Origin: Actinomycetota bacterium | GTDB lineage: Bacteria > Actinomycetota > Thermoleophilia > Gaiellales > Gaiellaceae | DNA: 64,000 nucleotides | Assembly (NCBI GenBank): GCA_003161615.1 | Contig: PMOB01000007.1 | Location: 33,828-97,827 of the forward strand | Reading direction: 5' to 3' | Shown here: piece by piece, positions 45,345 through 53,823 of the stretch | Position numbering within the stretch: position 1 is the stretch's first letter | Layout of the letters: each line of letters starts with the position of its first letter | The notes under the pieces: model-generated | Database searches by the model: none | What the model was told of the DNA's origin: nothing | Seen by the model: only the letters and a program-made list of their open reading frames with translations | Made by a program: the position numbers and the translations under genes

Positions 45345-45372
45345 CGCGGGTGGCGGTTCTCCGCCACCCGCG
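45345..45372. terminator. Bidirectional terminator-like hairpin
   Basis: CGCGGGTGGCGG-ttct-CCGCCACCCGCG. It lies between the convergent mini-gene and the REC-EAL gene. Confidence 0.5.
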
Positions 45373-45399
45373 GCGGTTCGACTACTCCCCCGCTCCGGC

Positions 45400-46560
45400 T
45401 CAGCCCGGCAGCGGCGCGGGTGGCCCGAGATACATCCCCTGGCCGAGGCCGACGCCGAGCTCCCGCAGAGTTGTGAGTTGCGCCTGCGTCTCGATCCCCT
45501 CGGCGACGATCGCGATCCCCAACTCGTCGGCGAAGCCGATCAGCCCTCGTGCGAGCGCACGGCGGCGCGGGTCGTGATCGATGCTCTGGGTGAGTGACAG
45601 GTCGAGCTTGATGTAGTCCGGCTCGAGCTCGAGCACGTGCCGGAAGCTTGCAAAGCCGGCGCCGGCGTCGTCCACCGCGAAGCGTACGCCGGAACTGCGG
45701 AACGCGGCTATCCCGGCCATCACCTCTTCGTAGTCCTCGATCACGGCATTTTCGGTGACTTCGATCATCAAGCGTGGGCCGAGCCAGACCCCGAGCTCTG
45801 CCACAGCCGCGATGCTGTTTGGGGAGGCGTTGACGGCGAGACCCTCGGGCCCTCCGTAGGCCCGGAATGCGGCAAGCGCCGCCTCCGCGGCCGCCAGCTC
45901 GAGCTCGGCGCGCAGGCCGATCGCCGCCGCGTCGGCGAACCACCGCCCCGGCGGCACCGCGGGCTCGCTCGGGAAGCGACTGAGCGCTTCGTACCCAACG
46001 AGCCGCGACGTCTCGAGCTCGAAAATCGGCTGAAACACAGGACGCAGCAATCTGCGGTCGAGCACCTGCCGGATCCGTTCTCGTTGCCGGCCGGCTTCCT
46101 CGTCTGCTCTTCCGCGCGTCTCGAGGTGAGCTGCGAACGTGCCGAGCACATCCTCCGCGACCTGCGCCGCGAGGATGCTCTCGCCACTGGCGGCGCGGAC
46201 AACCGCCTCAACGATCGCCTCGGGGCTCAAGCCTTTGACGAGATAGCTTCCTGCGCCGGCACGCAGCATCGCCAGCGTGGTCTCGGGATCGGCCGATCCC
46301 GAGAGCGCAACGACCCTGGTCGCAGGCGAGACGGCCAAGATCGCCCGCACGGTCCGCTCGCCGCCACCGGGCATGCGGAAGTCGACCAGCGCGACGTTCA
46401 GTTGCGTCTCCTCCGCCAGCCGCGCTGCGCTCTCGCCATCCGCCGCCAAGCCGACGACGACGATTCCGTCAACCCCGTCGAGCTGCTGAGCGAGGACGGT
46501 GCGCACGTCGCGGTCGTCGTCCGCGATCAGCACGGTGATGCCCGCAGTGGCCACGCTCAA
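45400..46560 (-). CDS. Response regulator with an EAL (c-di-GMP phosphodiesterase) output domain
   Basis: REC: VLIADDDRDV...VALVDFRMPGG...LVKG. EAL: FQPIFEL...GYEALSRF, EVTE, DDAGAGFAS, KLDLSL, EGIE. TTG 46560 overlaps the kinase stop (TTGA); GTG 46554 is also possible. Confidence 0.85.
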   Translation of the reverse strand: MSVATAGITVLIADDDRDVRTVLAQQLDGVDGIVVVGLAADGESAARLAEETQLNVALVDFRMPGGGERTVRAILAVSPATRVVALSGSADPETTLAMLRAGAGSYLVKGLSPEAIVEAVVRAASGESILAAQVAEDVLGTFAAHLETRGRADEEAGRQRERIRQVLDRRLLRPVFQPIFELETSRLVGYEALSRFPSEPAVPPGRWFADAAAIGLRAELELAAAEAALAAFRAYGGPEGLAVNASPNSIAAVAELGVWLGPRLMIEVTENAVIEDYEEVMAGIAAFRSSGVRFAVDDAGAGFASFRHVLELEPDYIKLDLSLTQSIDHDPRRRALARGLIGFADELGIAIVAEGIETQAQLTTLRELGVGLGQGMYLGPPAPLPG

Positions 46561-48455
46561 CGATCCGACGGCTGATCGAGGACGCCGCGGATCGTCCGAG
46601 CGAGTTCGTCGGGGAGGAACGGCTTCTCGATGAACGTCGCGGGCGAGTCGGCGATCCCCGGGCGCAGCCTGTCCGCCGGATACCCGGATGTGAACAGCAC
46701 CTTCAGGCCCGGCCTCCGCGCGAGAAGGCGATCGGCAAGCTCGCGACCGTTCATCCCGGGCATGATGACATCTGTCAACAACAGGTCGATGTGCGGCTCG
46801 GTCCTGTCGACAAGGGCAAGCGCGTCCTCGGCGCCTGCTGCCACGAGAACCTCGTAGCCGTACGACTGCAGCGTCGAGGCGACGAGTCCCCGCAGCACGC
46901 CGTCGACGACGAGGATAACCTCGTCCCCCTCGTATGGCCCGACGCCAGCCGCGCTTGCTGTCACCACCGGAGCACCGCCCGTAACCGGGAAGTAGAGCTT
47001 GAACGTCGTTCCCAGCCCCCGCTCGCTGGAGAACGAGATGTGACCGCCGCTCTGCCTGACAACTCCGTAGACGGCGGCCAAGCCCAACCCGGTTCCGTCC
47101 TGCTTCGTCGTGAAGTACGGGTCGAAGGCATGCGAGCGGGTCTCCTCGTCCATCCCGGTTCCGGAGTCCGTGATCCGCAACAGGACGTAGCGTCCCGGGG
47201 GCAACTCCCCCCATCGTTCTGTCTCTGTTACGTCGTTGGCGGAGGACTGGATCTCGAGGGTCCCGCCATCCGGCATCGCGTCGCGCGCGTTGATCGCGAG
47301 GTTGAGAATCGCGTTCGAGACCTCGCTCCTGTCCGCAAGCACTGCGCCGAGGTCGGATTCGAGATCCGCGGTGATCACGACGTCCTCTCCGAGGCTCCGC
47401 TGGAGCAGTGCGAGCGTCTCGGTCACGATCTCGTTGAGATCGACCGGCTCGATCCGGAGTACGCGCTGGCGCCCGAAAGACAGCAGCTGCCCCGTGAGCT
47501 CGCTCGCCCGCTCAGCGGCGGTGTCGATGTGCTCCGCGTACTCGCGCTGCTCGCCCTTGAGTCGCCCGAGCAGGAGGTCGCTGTTGCCGCGGATCACGAC
47601 GAGGAGGTTGTTGAAGTCGTGCGCGATCCCGCCGGCAAGGCGGCCAATCGCGTCCATCTTCTGCGTCTGGCGAAGCTCGCCCTCGAGCCCGCGCTGCGCG
47701 GTGACGTCCTGAGCGAGGACGAGCCGAGCCGGCCGCCCCTCGAACGGAACGCCGCGCCCGGAGGCGCAGACGACAAGATGCGTGCCGCCCTTCGTGACGT
47801 GCCGTACCTCGTTCGAGAGGACGGACTCAGGCACCACCTCGGCGATCACGCGCCGGAGGTCATCCCTGTCCTCGGGCTGCCAGATCTCCTCGATCGTCAT
47901 GGCGAGGAACTCATCCTCCGTCCAGCCATACGCCTCGACCATCGCCTCGTTGACCGCGAGGAAGCGGAACGACGCCGGGCCGTAGACGAACATCGGCGCC
48001 GGATGCCGCTCGAAGAGGAGGCGGTAGTTCTCCTCCGACTGGCGCAGCAACGCCGCGGCGGAGAGCTGTTCGCGGATGTCGCGCGCTATCGACGACGCGC
48101 CCACGACGCGGCCCGCGTCGTCGCGGATCGGCGAGATCGTGAGCACGACGTCAAACCGTGTCCCGTCCTTGTGCGCCCGAACCGTCTGAAGCCGCTCGAT
48201 TCGCTCGCCCGCGCCGATCCGGGCAAGGAATTCCGCAATCTCACTGCGCTTTTCGGGCGGAGCCACGATGTCGATCGACCGGCCGACGGCCTCCTCGGCG
48301 GAGTAGCCGTACATCTCCTCCGCCGCCCGGTTCCAGCTCGTGATGGTGCCGTCGAGACGCTTGCCGATAATCGCGTCGTTCGACGACTCGACAATCGCCG
48401 CGAACTCACCGAGCCGCGCCGCAACGTCATCCACTCCAGCCATCGCCTCCACCAA
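46557..48455 (-). CDS. PAS/PAC sensor hybrid histidine kinase (two PAS, HisKA, HATPase, C-terminal receiver)
   Basis: H-box GGIAHDFNNLL, N box NLAINARDA, G boxes DSGTGM / GTGLGL. Receiver ...IDLLLTDVIMPGMNG...LFTSGY. Confidence 0.9.
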   Translation of the reverse strand: MVEAMAGVDDVAARLGEFAAIVESSNDAIIGKRLDGTITSWNRAAEEMYGYSAEEAVGRSIDIVAPPEKRSEIAEFLARIGAGERIERLQTVRAHKDGTRFDVVLTISPIRDDAGRVVGASSIARDIREQLSAAALLRQSEENYRLLFERHPAPMFVYGPASFRFLAVNEAMVEAYGWTEDEFLAMTIEEIWQPEDRDDLRRVIAEVVPESVLSNEVRHVTKGGTHLVVCASGRGVPFEGRPARLVLAQDVTAQRGLEGELRQTQKMDAIGRLAGGIAHDFNNLLVVIRGNSDLLLGRLKGEQREYAEHIDTAAERASELTGQLLSFGRQRVLRIEPVDLNEIVTETLALLQRSLGEDVVITADLESDLGAVLADRSEVSNAILNLAINARDAMPDGGTLEIQSSANDVTETERWGELPPGRYVLLRITDSGTGMDEETRSHAFDPYFTTKQDGTGLGLAAVYGVVRQSGGHISFSSERGLGTTFKLYFPVTGGAPVVTASAAGVGPYEGDEVILVVDGVLRGLVASTLQSYGYEVLVAAGAEDALALVDRTEPHIDLLLTDVIMPGMNGRELADRLLARRPGLKVLFTSGYPADRLRPGIADSPATFIEKPFLPDELARTIRGVLDQPSDR

Positions 48456-48678
48456 AGCTTGACTTGACTGAAGTAAATGATAGATCGCCGCTAGACGTCC
48501 CCCTGTTGGGTGACTGCTCCTCCAGGCGCAGCCGCCGAGCGGCGGCGTTCCAGCTCGTGATCGTGCCGTCGAGCGTCTTGCCGATGATTGCGTCGTTCGA
48601 AGACTCGACGATCGCCGCGAGCTCGCGTAGGTGCCGCTTCACGTCGCCAGCAGATTGTTCCGGCCCCTGAGACCTCAT
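48427..48678 (-). pseudogene. Remnant of a paralogous PAS-kinase 5' end
   Basis: Only the first ~47 codons (...LRELAAIVESSNDAIIGKTLDGTITSWNAAA) resemble the kinase N-terminus (FAAIVESSNDAIIGKRLDGTITSWNRAA). The rest is non-homologous and runs into the kinase start. Confidence 0.5.
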
Positions 48679-48753
48679 GAGTCCCCCCTTGCAACGTACT
48701 AGACTCTACGGGTAACCGTTTCCACGATAACTAACCCTCGGGGTGCTGCGCAA

Positions 48754-50220
48754 GTGTACGATTGGCGCTTGATGCATTTTCGTCACGAGGGTCTGATCTA
48801 CGAGTCGGAACAGGCGCTTACGGATGTTTTGACTCCCGTTCTGCTGGAGGCCGCCGAGGCACAGCAGCCGATGCTCGTTGCCCTCCCCCCCGAGCAGACG
48901 GAGCATCTGCGTGCACGCCTCGGCGGAGCTGCGGACCGCGTCACCTTCCTCGACCACGACGCGTGGTACACACGCCCTGGACTTGCATGCGTCGCGTGGG
49001 CGAATGCCGTCGACGCCGCGCTCGAGACGGGCGCCAGCATGGTTTGCGCCGTCGGCGAGCCACCGCTCGCGCGCGATGTGGGTCGCGAAGGACGCTGGAC
49101 GCGCTACGAATCGCTCTTCAACCAGCTCTACACCGACCGTCCTGTCCGGTTCATCTGCCCGTACGACGCGCGGACGCTCTCCGACGAGGGGCTCGCGGTC
49201 TGCCGCCACACGCATCCGACGCTGGCGACAAGCGGGGGACGGACGGCGAGCGCTGAGTACTTCGCCGGACATTTTCGCCCGACCTTCGCGCCGCTGCTCG
49301 ACTCGGGGCGCGCGGACGCGAGCACGGCGACCGCCACAGTGCCGGCCGAGGCCGTCAGCCTGCGTGTGCCCATCGTGTGGGCTGCGTACGAGCTCCGTCT
49401 CTCGATTGCGGACGCCCAGGACCTGGCTCTCGCCGTGACCCAGCTCGCCCACTGGGCGCTCGCGGCCGGGAGCGGCCCTGTGAAAGGGCGGGCGTCGAAG
49501 CAGGCGTTCGGTCTGGTGTGCGAGGTCGCGCTCTCGGGCACGAGCGCGACGAGCCTTACCTCCGGAGAGGGCCGTTTTGCGCTCGCCGTGGGCGGCATCG
49601 TCGCCGACCGGGTCGAGTTCGGCGACGACGAGAACGGCGGGCTGGTCCGCTTCGTCGTCTCGCTGCCAGAGCTCGGGCCGCGCGAGCGGATCCTCGCCGC
49701 GGCGCAGGAACTCTTCAGCCGCGAGGGCATGAGGCGCACGAGCGTGAACGCGATCGCGGCGCGCGCCAACGTCGCCAAGGCGACCTTTTACTCGCTCTTC
49801 CCCTCGAAGGACGAGCTCATCCGAGAGTCGCTCCGCCGCGGGATCGAGCAGTGGGACACGTACGCGCGGGCCGAGGTCGAGGAGCGCGCGGAGTCGCCGC
49901 GCGACCGGATCCTCGCCTGGTTCGACGTGCTCGCAGAGTGGGCGGAGCTCGACGTAAGCGCGGTGTCGTCGCGCCTGCGGATCTGGAGCGAGGTGCAGGA
50001 TCCGCTTCATCCCGGGCGGGAGCAGCAGGCGGAGAGCACCGAGGCGGTACGCGACTACCTCCGCGACCTCGCGAGCGCCTGTGCAGTCGACCCCGAGGTC
50101 CTTTCCCAGGAGCTTCAACTCCTCGCGTCCGGTGCGCTCCTCGAGACGATCTATCTCGGCTCGGCCAAGCCGATCCGGGTGGCCGGCGCTGCGGCCGCGA
50201 AGCTCCTCGCGTCCGCCTAG
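48754..50220 (+). CDS. MEDS domain + central anti-sigma/ATPase-like region + C-terminal TetR-type HTH regulator (unusual fusion)
   Basis: N-terminus HFRHEGLIYESEQAL...VRFICPYD...CRHTHP (MEDS pattern). Residues ~305-350 are RERILAAAQELFSREGMRRTSVNAIAARANVAKATFYSLFPSKDELI (TetR HTH). Confidence 0.75.
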   Translation: MYDWRLMHFRHEGLIYESEQALTDVLTPVLLEAAEAQQPMLVALPPEQTEHLRARLGGAADRVTFLDHDAWYTRPGLACVAWANAVDAALETGASMVCAVGEPPLARDVGREGRWTRYESLFNQLYTDRPVRFICPYDARTLSDEGLAVCRHTHPTLATSGGRTASAEYFAGHFRPTFAPLLDSGRADASTATATVPAEAVSLRVPIVWAAYELRLSIADAQDLALAVTQLAHWALAAGSGPVKGRASKQAFGLVCEVALSGTSATSLTSGEGRFALAVGGIVADRVEFGDDENGGLVRFVVSLPELGPRERILAAAQELFSREGMRRTSVNAIAARANVAKATFYSLFPSKDELIRESLRRGIEQWDTYARAEVEERAESPRDRILAWFDVLAEWAELDVSAVSSRLRIWSEVQDPLHPGREQQAESTEAVRDYLRDLASACAVDPEVLSQELQLLASGALLETIYLGSAKPIRVAGAAAAKLLASA

Positions 50221-50278
50221 CGGGCCGGGCCGCGGGTGCCCCGGGGCCGATCGCCCGCATGGCTGTTGGCTCGGTGAG

Positions 50279-50335
50279 CGGAGGGGGAGGGATTTGAACC
50301 CTCGATCCGCCTAACGACGGATAACGGTTTTCGAG
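50279..50335 (-). pseudogene. Truncated tRNA-Ser(CGA) copy: anticodon loop to 3' end only
   Basis: CGGAGGGGGAGGGATTTGAACCCTCGATCCGCCTAACGACGGATAACGGTTTTCGAG parallels 54955-55009 of the intact gene. The 18-nt block CGGATAACGGTTTTCGAG is identical. No matching 5' half follows. Confidence 0.6.
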
Positions 50336-50656
50336 GCTTGCGCGGCTTGCGGCTCAAGGGGCTTGTTCAAGCCGATTCGGTTGTGGGTGCGTGCCGTGCG
50401 CGCCGGTCCGCGCGCCGGCCCGGACGCGCCGGCGCCTCGGACCAGAGCCTGCGGTGACGGCTGAACGAGCATCCTCGCCTGCGCGAGCGCGCCTCTCATC
50501 CGACGTGAAGGCACCTGAAGTGTCTCGCAGGCGTCGTTGCGGCGGACGGGACACCCGCGGGACGCCTTTCCGGCGGACGCCTAGCGGCGCGCGAGGCGAC
50601 GATCGAGCCATGACGGGACGGCTCGGCGCTTGTCCAAAGCGCTGGCGATGGACGTC

Positions 50657-51055
50657 TCAGGCACCGCGTGGAGCTTCGTCGTCGATCGCGAGCCGCATCA
50701 GATCCCGGATCGAGACGATGCCCACTGGCTTGTCGCCGTCGAGCACCGGCAGGTGTCGGAAGCCGCCGCGGAGCATGATCGCAGCGGCGTGCCCGGGCCG
50801 CTCGTCCGGCCCGATCGTCTCCGGATCGTGAGTCATCCAGGCGCCGACCCTCGTTCCCTCGACTTGTCCGCTCGCCACCGCGTGGAGGATGTCGCGCTCG
50901 GTGAGTATCCCGGAGAGCCGCTCACCGTTCAGCACGAGAGCCGCTCCCACTCGGCGCGCGTCCATCTGCGCGGCCGCGTCCGTCAGCGTCGCGGTTGCCT
51001 CCACGGTCAGGAGAGTCGTCGACATCAAGTCGCGCACAGTCGCCATCCCAGTCAC
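50657..51055 (-). CDS. CBS domain pair protein
   Basis: VRDLMSTTLLTVEATATL..., ...GFRHLPVLDGDKPVGIVSIRDLMR. Confidence 0.8.
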   Translation of the reverse strand: MTGMATVRDLMSTTLLTVEATATLTDAAAQMDARRVGAALVLNGERLSGILTERDILHAVASGQVEGTRVGAWMTHDPETIGPDERPGHAAAIMLRGGFRHLPVLDGDKPVGIVSIRDLMRLAIDDEAPRGA

Positions 51056-51483
51056 CCGGCTCTCTCCAGTACCGCCCGAAGGGCGGCTTCAAGGTTGCTC
51101 GTACCCAAGAAACGCGGTAAGTCCATAATCGACACGGCCCAAGTCTACGGCCGTCGACCGCGCCCCACGGCCGTGACGACGCCCGCATGTTTCGCGTTCC
51201 CCGCTCAGGGACGGGTCGGACTACCAAGTGGCGTTGCCGGGCGGCGAGAGCTGGCTCAACAGGCACTGGGCAATACCAGGGACCACTTCGACCACTCGCC
51301 CAGGCGAGCGGCCTACTGCATGAGCCGGAGGCTGGAGAGAGCGTGCCGTCGGCGTACTGCGCAAGCGGTTTGCGGGCTTTGACATTTCTCCGGCCGCACG
51401 TCGCCCGCCCGCGCTCAAGTGAGAGGGGGCACTCGCCCACGCGACGTAACCTTTTGCACGCTGCCACGCTCTTTAGTAGTGCA

Positions 51484-51990
51484 ATGGGGAATGTCATGGC
51501 TCAGAAGGCCATCGAGCAGGCGTACCACGATCACGCCACCCAGCTTTGGCGAGGCGTCTATGCGGTCTCGGGCGGCCGTCGGGACATTGCCGACGACGCC
51601 GTAGCCGAAGCGTTTGCTCGTGCCATCGAGCACGCCGAGCAGATCCGAGCTCCGCTGCCCTGGCTCTACCGCGTCGCCCTGCGTGAGGCCGCAGCGCTCT
51701 TGCGCAAAGAGCAGGCAGGCAGCGACTCGCAAGCCGTCGTTCACCTCGATGCTCACGAGTCCGTTCCGAACGAGGCGCTTGCCCTGCTTCGGACGCTTTC
51801 ACCGAAACAGCGCGCCGTCATCTTCCTCTTCTACTACGCCGATTTCTCGATTGCCGATATCGCCCGCGCCACCGGATCCAGTCAGTTAGCGGTGCGGGTG
51901 CAGATGTATCGCGCGCGCGAGGCCCTGCGCCAGAGTTATGGCAGCGCCACCGCGTTGCGAGAGGAAATGTCTCCAGGAGGTTCCACATGA
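51484..51990 (+). CDS. ECF-type sigma-70 family sigma factor
   Basis: Region 2 (DDAVAEAFARA...PWLYRVALREA) and region 4 (LSPKQRAVIFLFYYADFSIADIARATGSSQLAVRVQMYRAREAL). Start at ATG 51484 or 51496. Confidence 0.8.
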   Translation: MGNVMAQKAIEQAYHDHATQLWRGVYAVSGGRRDIADDAVAEAFARAIEHAEQIRAPLPWLYRVALREAAALLRKEQAGSDSQAVVHLDAHESVPNEALALLRTLSPKQRAVIFLFYYADFSIADIARATGSSQLAVRVQMYRAREALRQSYGSATALREEMSPGGST

Positions 51991-52676
51991 GCGTGAACTT
52001 GCGTAACGAACTTCAGGCACTCGATGACGTTCAGCCCATCCGCGACCTCTGGGCGGACGCCCTAGCACGGGTGGGCTCCAGCGAGCGCCTCCGTCCGCCT
52101 CATCGGCCGCTTACGACCGTAATCTGGAACGCCAAGCTCGCCTTGGTCGCAGTCGTCGTCGCAGCCGCGGCCGTCGCTCTGGTTCCCGTAGGCGGCGCGA
52201 GCATCGGAGCTCGTGCGGTGGCTGGCATCGAGAGCCTTTGGACTACGCAGAATGTTCTTGACGGTGCGGCGGATGATGCGCGGAGCATCGCCGGCAGCTA
52301 CTTCACCGGGGACGCTGTCCATCCCGACGCAAACACGGTGGACATCTATCTCAAAGCAGCACCCCAGTCAGTGATCGACCAGCTGAATGCGCAACATCCG
52401 GGCATCTACGTGATCCACAACGATGCTCCGAATACGAGCGCGACGCTGCGCAAGCTCACGGCCACCTTCGACCCGAAGCCTTTGGAGGCGCACGGCATAC
52501 AAGTAGACGAGTGGGGGCCGACCCCGGACGGTTACTTCCAAGTGGGGGTGACCGCTGACGTCGCAACCGCCCAGGCGATACTCGACAAGATCTACGGCCC
52601 AAACGTCGTCCGTGCCGACAAGGCGCAGCCGACCGAGCTCTGGGCCAGGCGAAGCTCCCCCCGCACGACCAAGTGA
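51987..52676 (+). CDS. Putative single-pass anti-sigma factor / membrane protein
   Basis: ATGA overlap with the sigma gene. One TM helix (LALVAVVVAAAAVALVPV), then an extracytoplasmic domain. Confidence 0.6.
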   Translation: MSVNLRNELQALDDVQPIRDLWADALARVGSSERLRPPHRPLTTVIWNAKLALVAVVVAAAAVALVPVGGASIGARAVAGIESLWTTQNVLDGAADDARSIAGSYFTGDAVHPDANTVDIYLKAAPQSVIDQLNAQHPGIYVIHNDAPNTSATLRKLTATFDPKPLEAHGIQVDEWGPTPDGYFQVGVTADVATAQAILDKIYGPNVVRADKAQPTELWARRSSPRTTK

Positions 52677-52701
52677 CATTCCCGCGTACTGGCCCACCCG
52701 A
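52673..52701 (+). repeat. 29-nt islet motif, copy 1
   Basis: GTGACATTCCCGCGTACTGGCCCACCCGA. Confidence 0.7.
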
Positions 52702-52710
52702 CTCAGGTGC

Positions 52711-53073
52711 TCAGAAGTCGGTAACCCACGCTATGAAGCTGGTGAGGCGGTGTTTCGTTCGCGGGGCCTTGAACAGCGCACAGGTCGCCGCGACGGAGCC
52801 AAGCCCCACGAGGAGACGCCACCATCCGGGAGGAGCGAGCGCCGCCGCGCCTAGCCCAACCGTGAGCAGGATTCCGAGCACGGCTAGGCGGGTGGCGTTC
52901 AGGATGCGGGTGACCGAGAGGTCGACCGGCTTCCCTTCGACCGAGAATCGCCCCGGCGCGACCTTCATCTCGTAATGCCGAAGCTCGTCAGGCACGACTT
53001 GAGTGTCACTCGGTGACCGGACGTTGGACTCCACCTCCCCGGGGCGCTTCGTTCGGGTGACATTCCCGAGCAC
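52711..53073 (-). CDS. Hypothetical membrane protein (start uncertain)
   Basis: Two C-terminal hydrophobic helices. The first codons (MLGNVT) lie inside motif copy 2, so GTG 53034 may be the true start. Confidence 0.45.
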   Translation of the reverse strand: MLGNVTRTKRPGEVESNVRSPSDTQVVPDELRHYEMKVAPGRFSVEGKPVDLSVTRILNATRLAVLGILLTVGLGAAALAPPGWWRLLVGLGSVAATCALFKAPRTKHRLTSFIAWVTDF

Positions 53074-53085
53074 TGGGGCAGGCGA
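53057..53085 (+). repeat. 29-nt islet motif, copy 2
   Basis: GTGACATTCCCGAGCACTGGGGCAGGCGA. Confidence 0.7.
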
Positions 53086-53115
53086 TTACCCTCGGCGCCT
53101 GCCGGACGCGAAGGG

Positions 53116-53823
53116 CTAGCCGGCGGGTGCAGTCCAGGTGGCGACGACGTCGCCGTTCACGTCGCGTCCGACGATGGACGCGAGCTCGGAGCCACCCGGA
53201 ACCGCGCCGAGGAAGAGATGCTCGGCGACAGGAAGCGTGGTGGTCTGACCGTCCGTCAGCGTCACGGCGAGCGTCGTTTCAGATCCTGTGACGGAACCGA
53301 CGATGACCGTGTAGGAGGGGTGGCTCGCCTCGTTGTACGTGCTCGGGGCGATGGGCGAAAGGCCGAGCGCGCAGCCGCCGTTGCCGATCGCTTGGTCAGC
53401 CGTCAATTCGGACTCCCAGCCGACGAACCAGCACGTCCCGCTTCCGTCCAACTCGGGAGCTGCCCACAGGTCGAGCGGCCCGTCGGCGGTCTGCAGCTGG
53501 AAGACACCGTGAGCCTGGCTCGCGTCCGCGTTGGGGACGTGTGTCACGAAAGCTCCGGTTTGAGGGTTCATCACGACCAAGTTCGCATTTCCCGCGTTCA
53601 ACTGGACGAAGTCCTGCTCGATCGAGTGCGGTGCCGGCGTGCCCTCGAACGCGCCGAAGCCAGCCGCAACCGCGACGCCCGCGCTCGCAAGCGCCACCAG
53701 AGCTACGGCCAGACCAAGCACCGGCCTCCGGGAGCGCGCGCGCACCGGCTCCGGAAGATGGAGAGGGTCGTTGTGCGGGACGGGGTTCGCCGCCGCTAGG
53801 CGGCTGATCAGATCGTTTCTCAT
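53116..53823 (-). CDS. Putative single-pass anti-sigma factor / exported protein
   Basis: ATGA overlap with the upstream ECF sigma gene. N-terminus ...LAAANPVP..., TM helix VLGLAVALVALASAGVAVAA. Confidence 0.6.
   Translation of the reverse strand: MRNDLISRLAAANPVPHNDPLHLPEPVRARSRRPVLGLAVALVALASAGVAVAAGFGAFEGTPAPHSIEQDFVQLNAGNANLVVMNPQTGAFVTHVPNADASQAHGVFQLQTADGPLDLWAAPELDGSGTCWFVGWESELTADQAIGNGGCALGLSPIAPSTYNEASHPSYTVIVGSVTGSETTLAVTLTDGQTTTLPVAEHLFLGAVPGGSELASIVGRDVNGDVVATWTAPAG

Noticed and set aside
48455-48500. The sequence TTGACT..(N)..TAGAT, which looks like a plus-strand sigma-70 promoter.
   Set aside because: No plus-strand gene lies downstream. The region more likely holds the SD (GGTGGAGG on the minus strand) and leader of the kinase gene.
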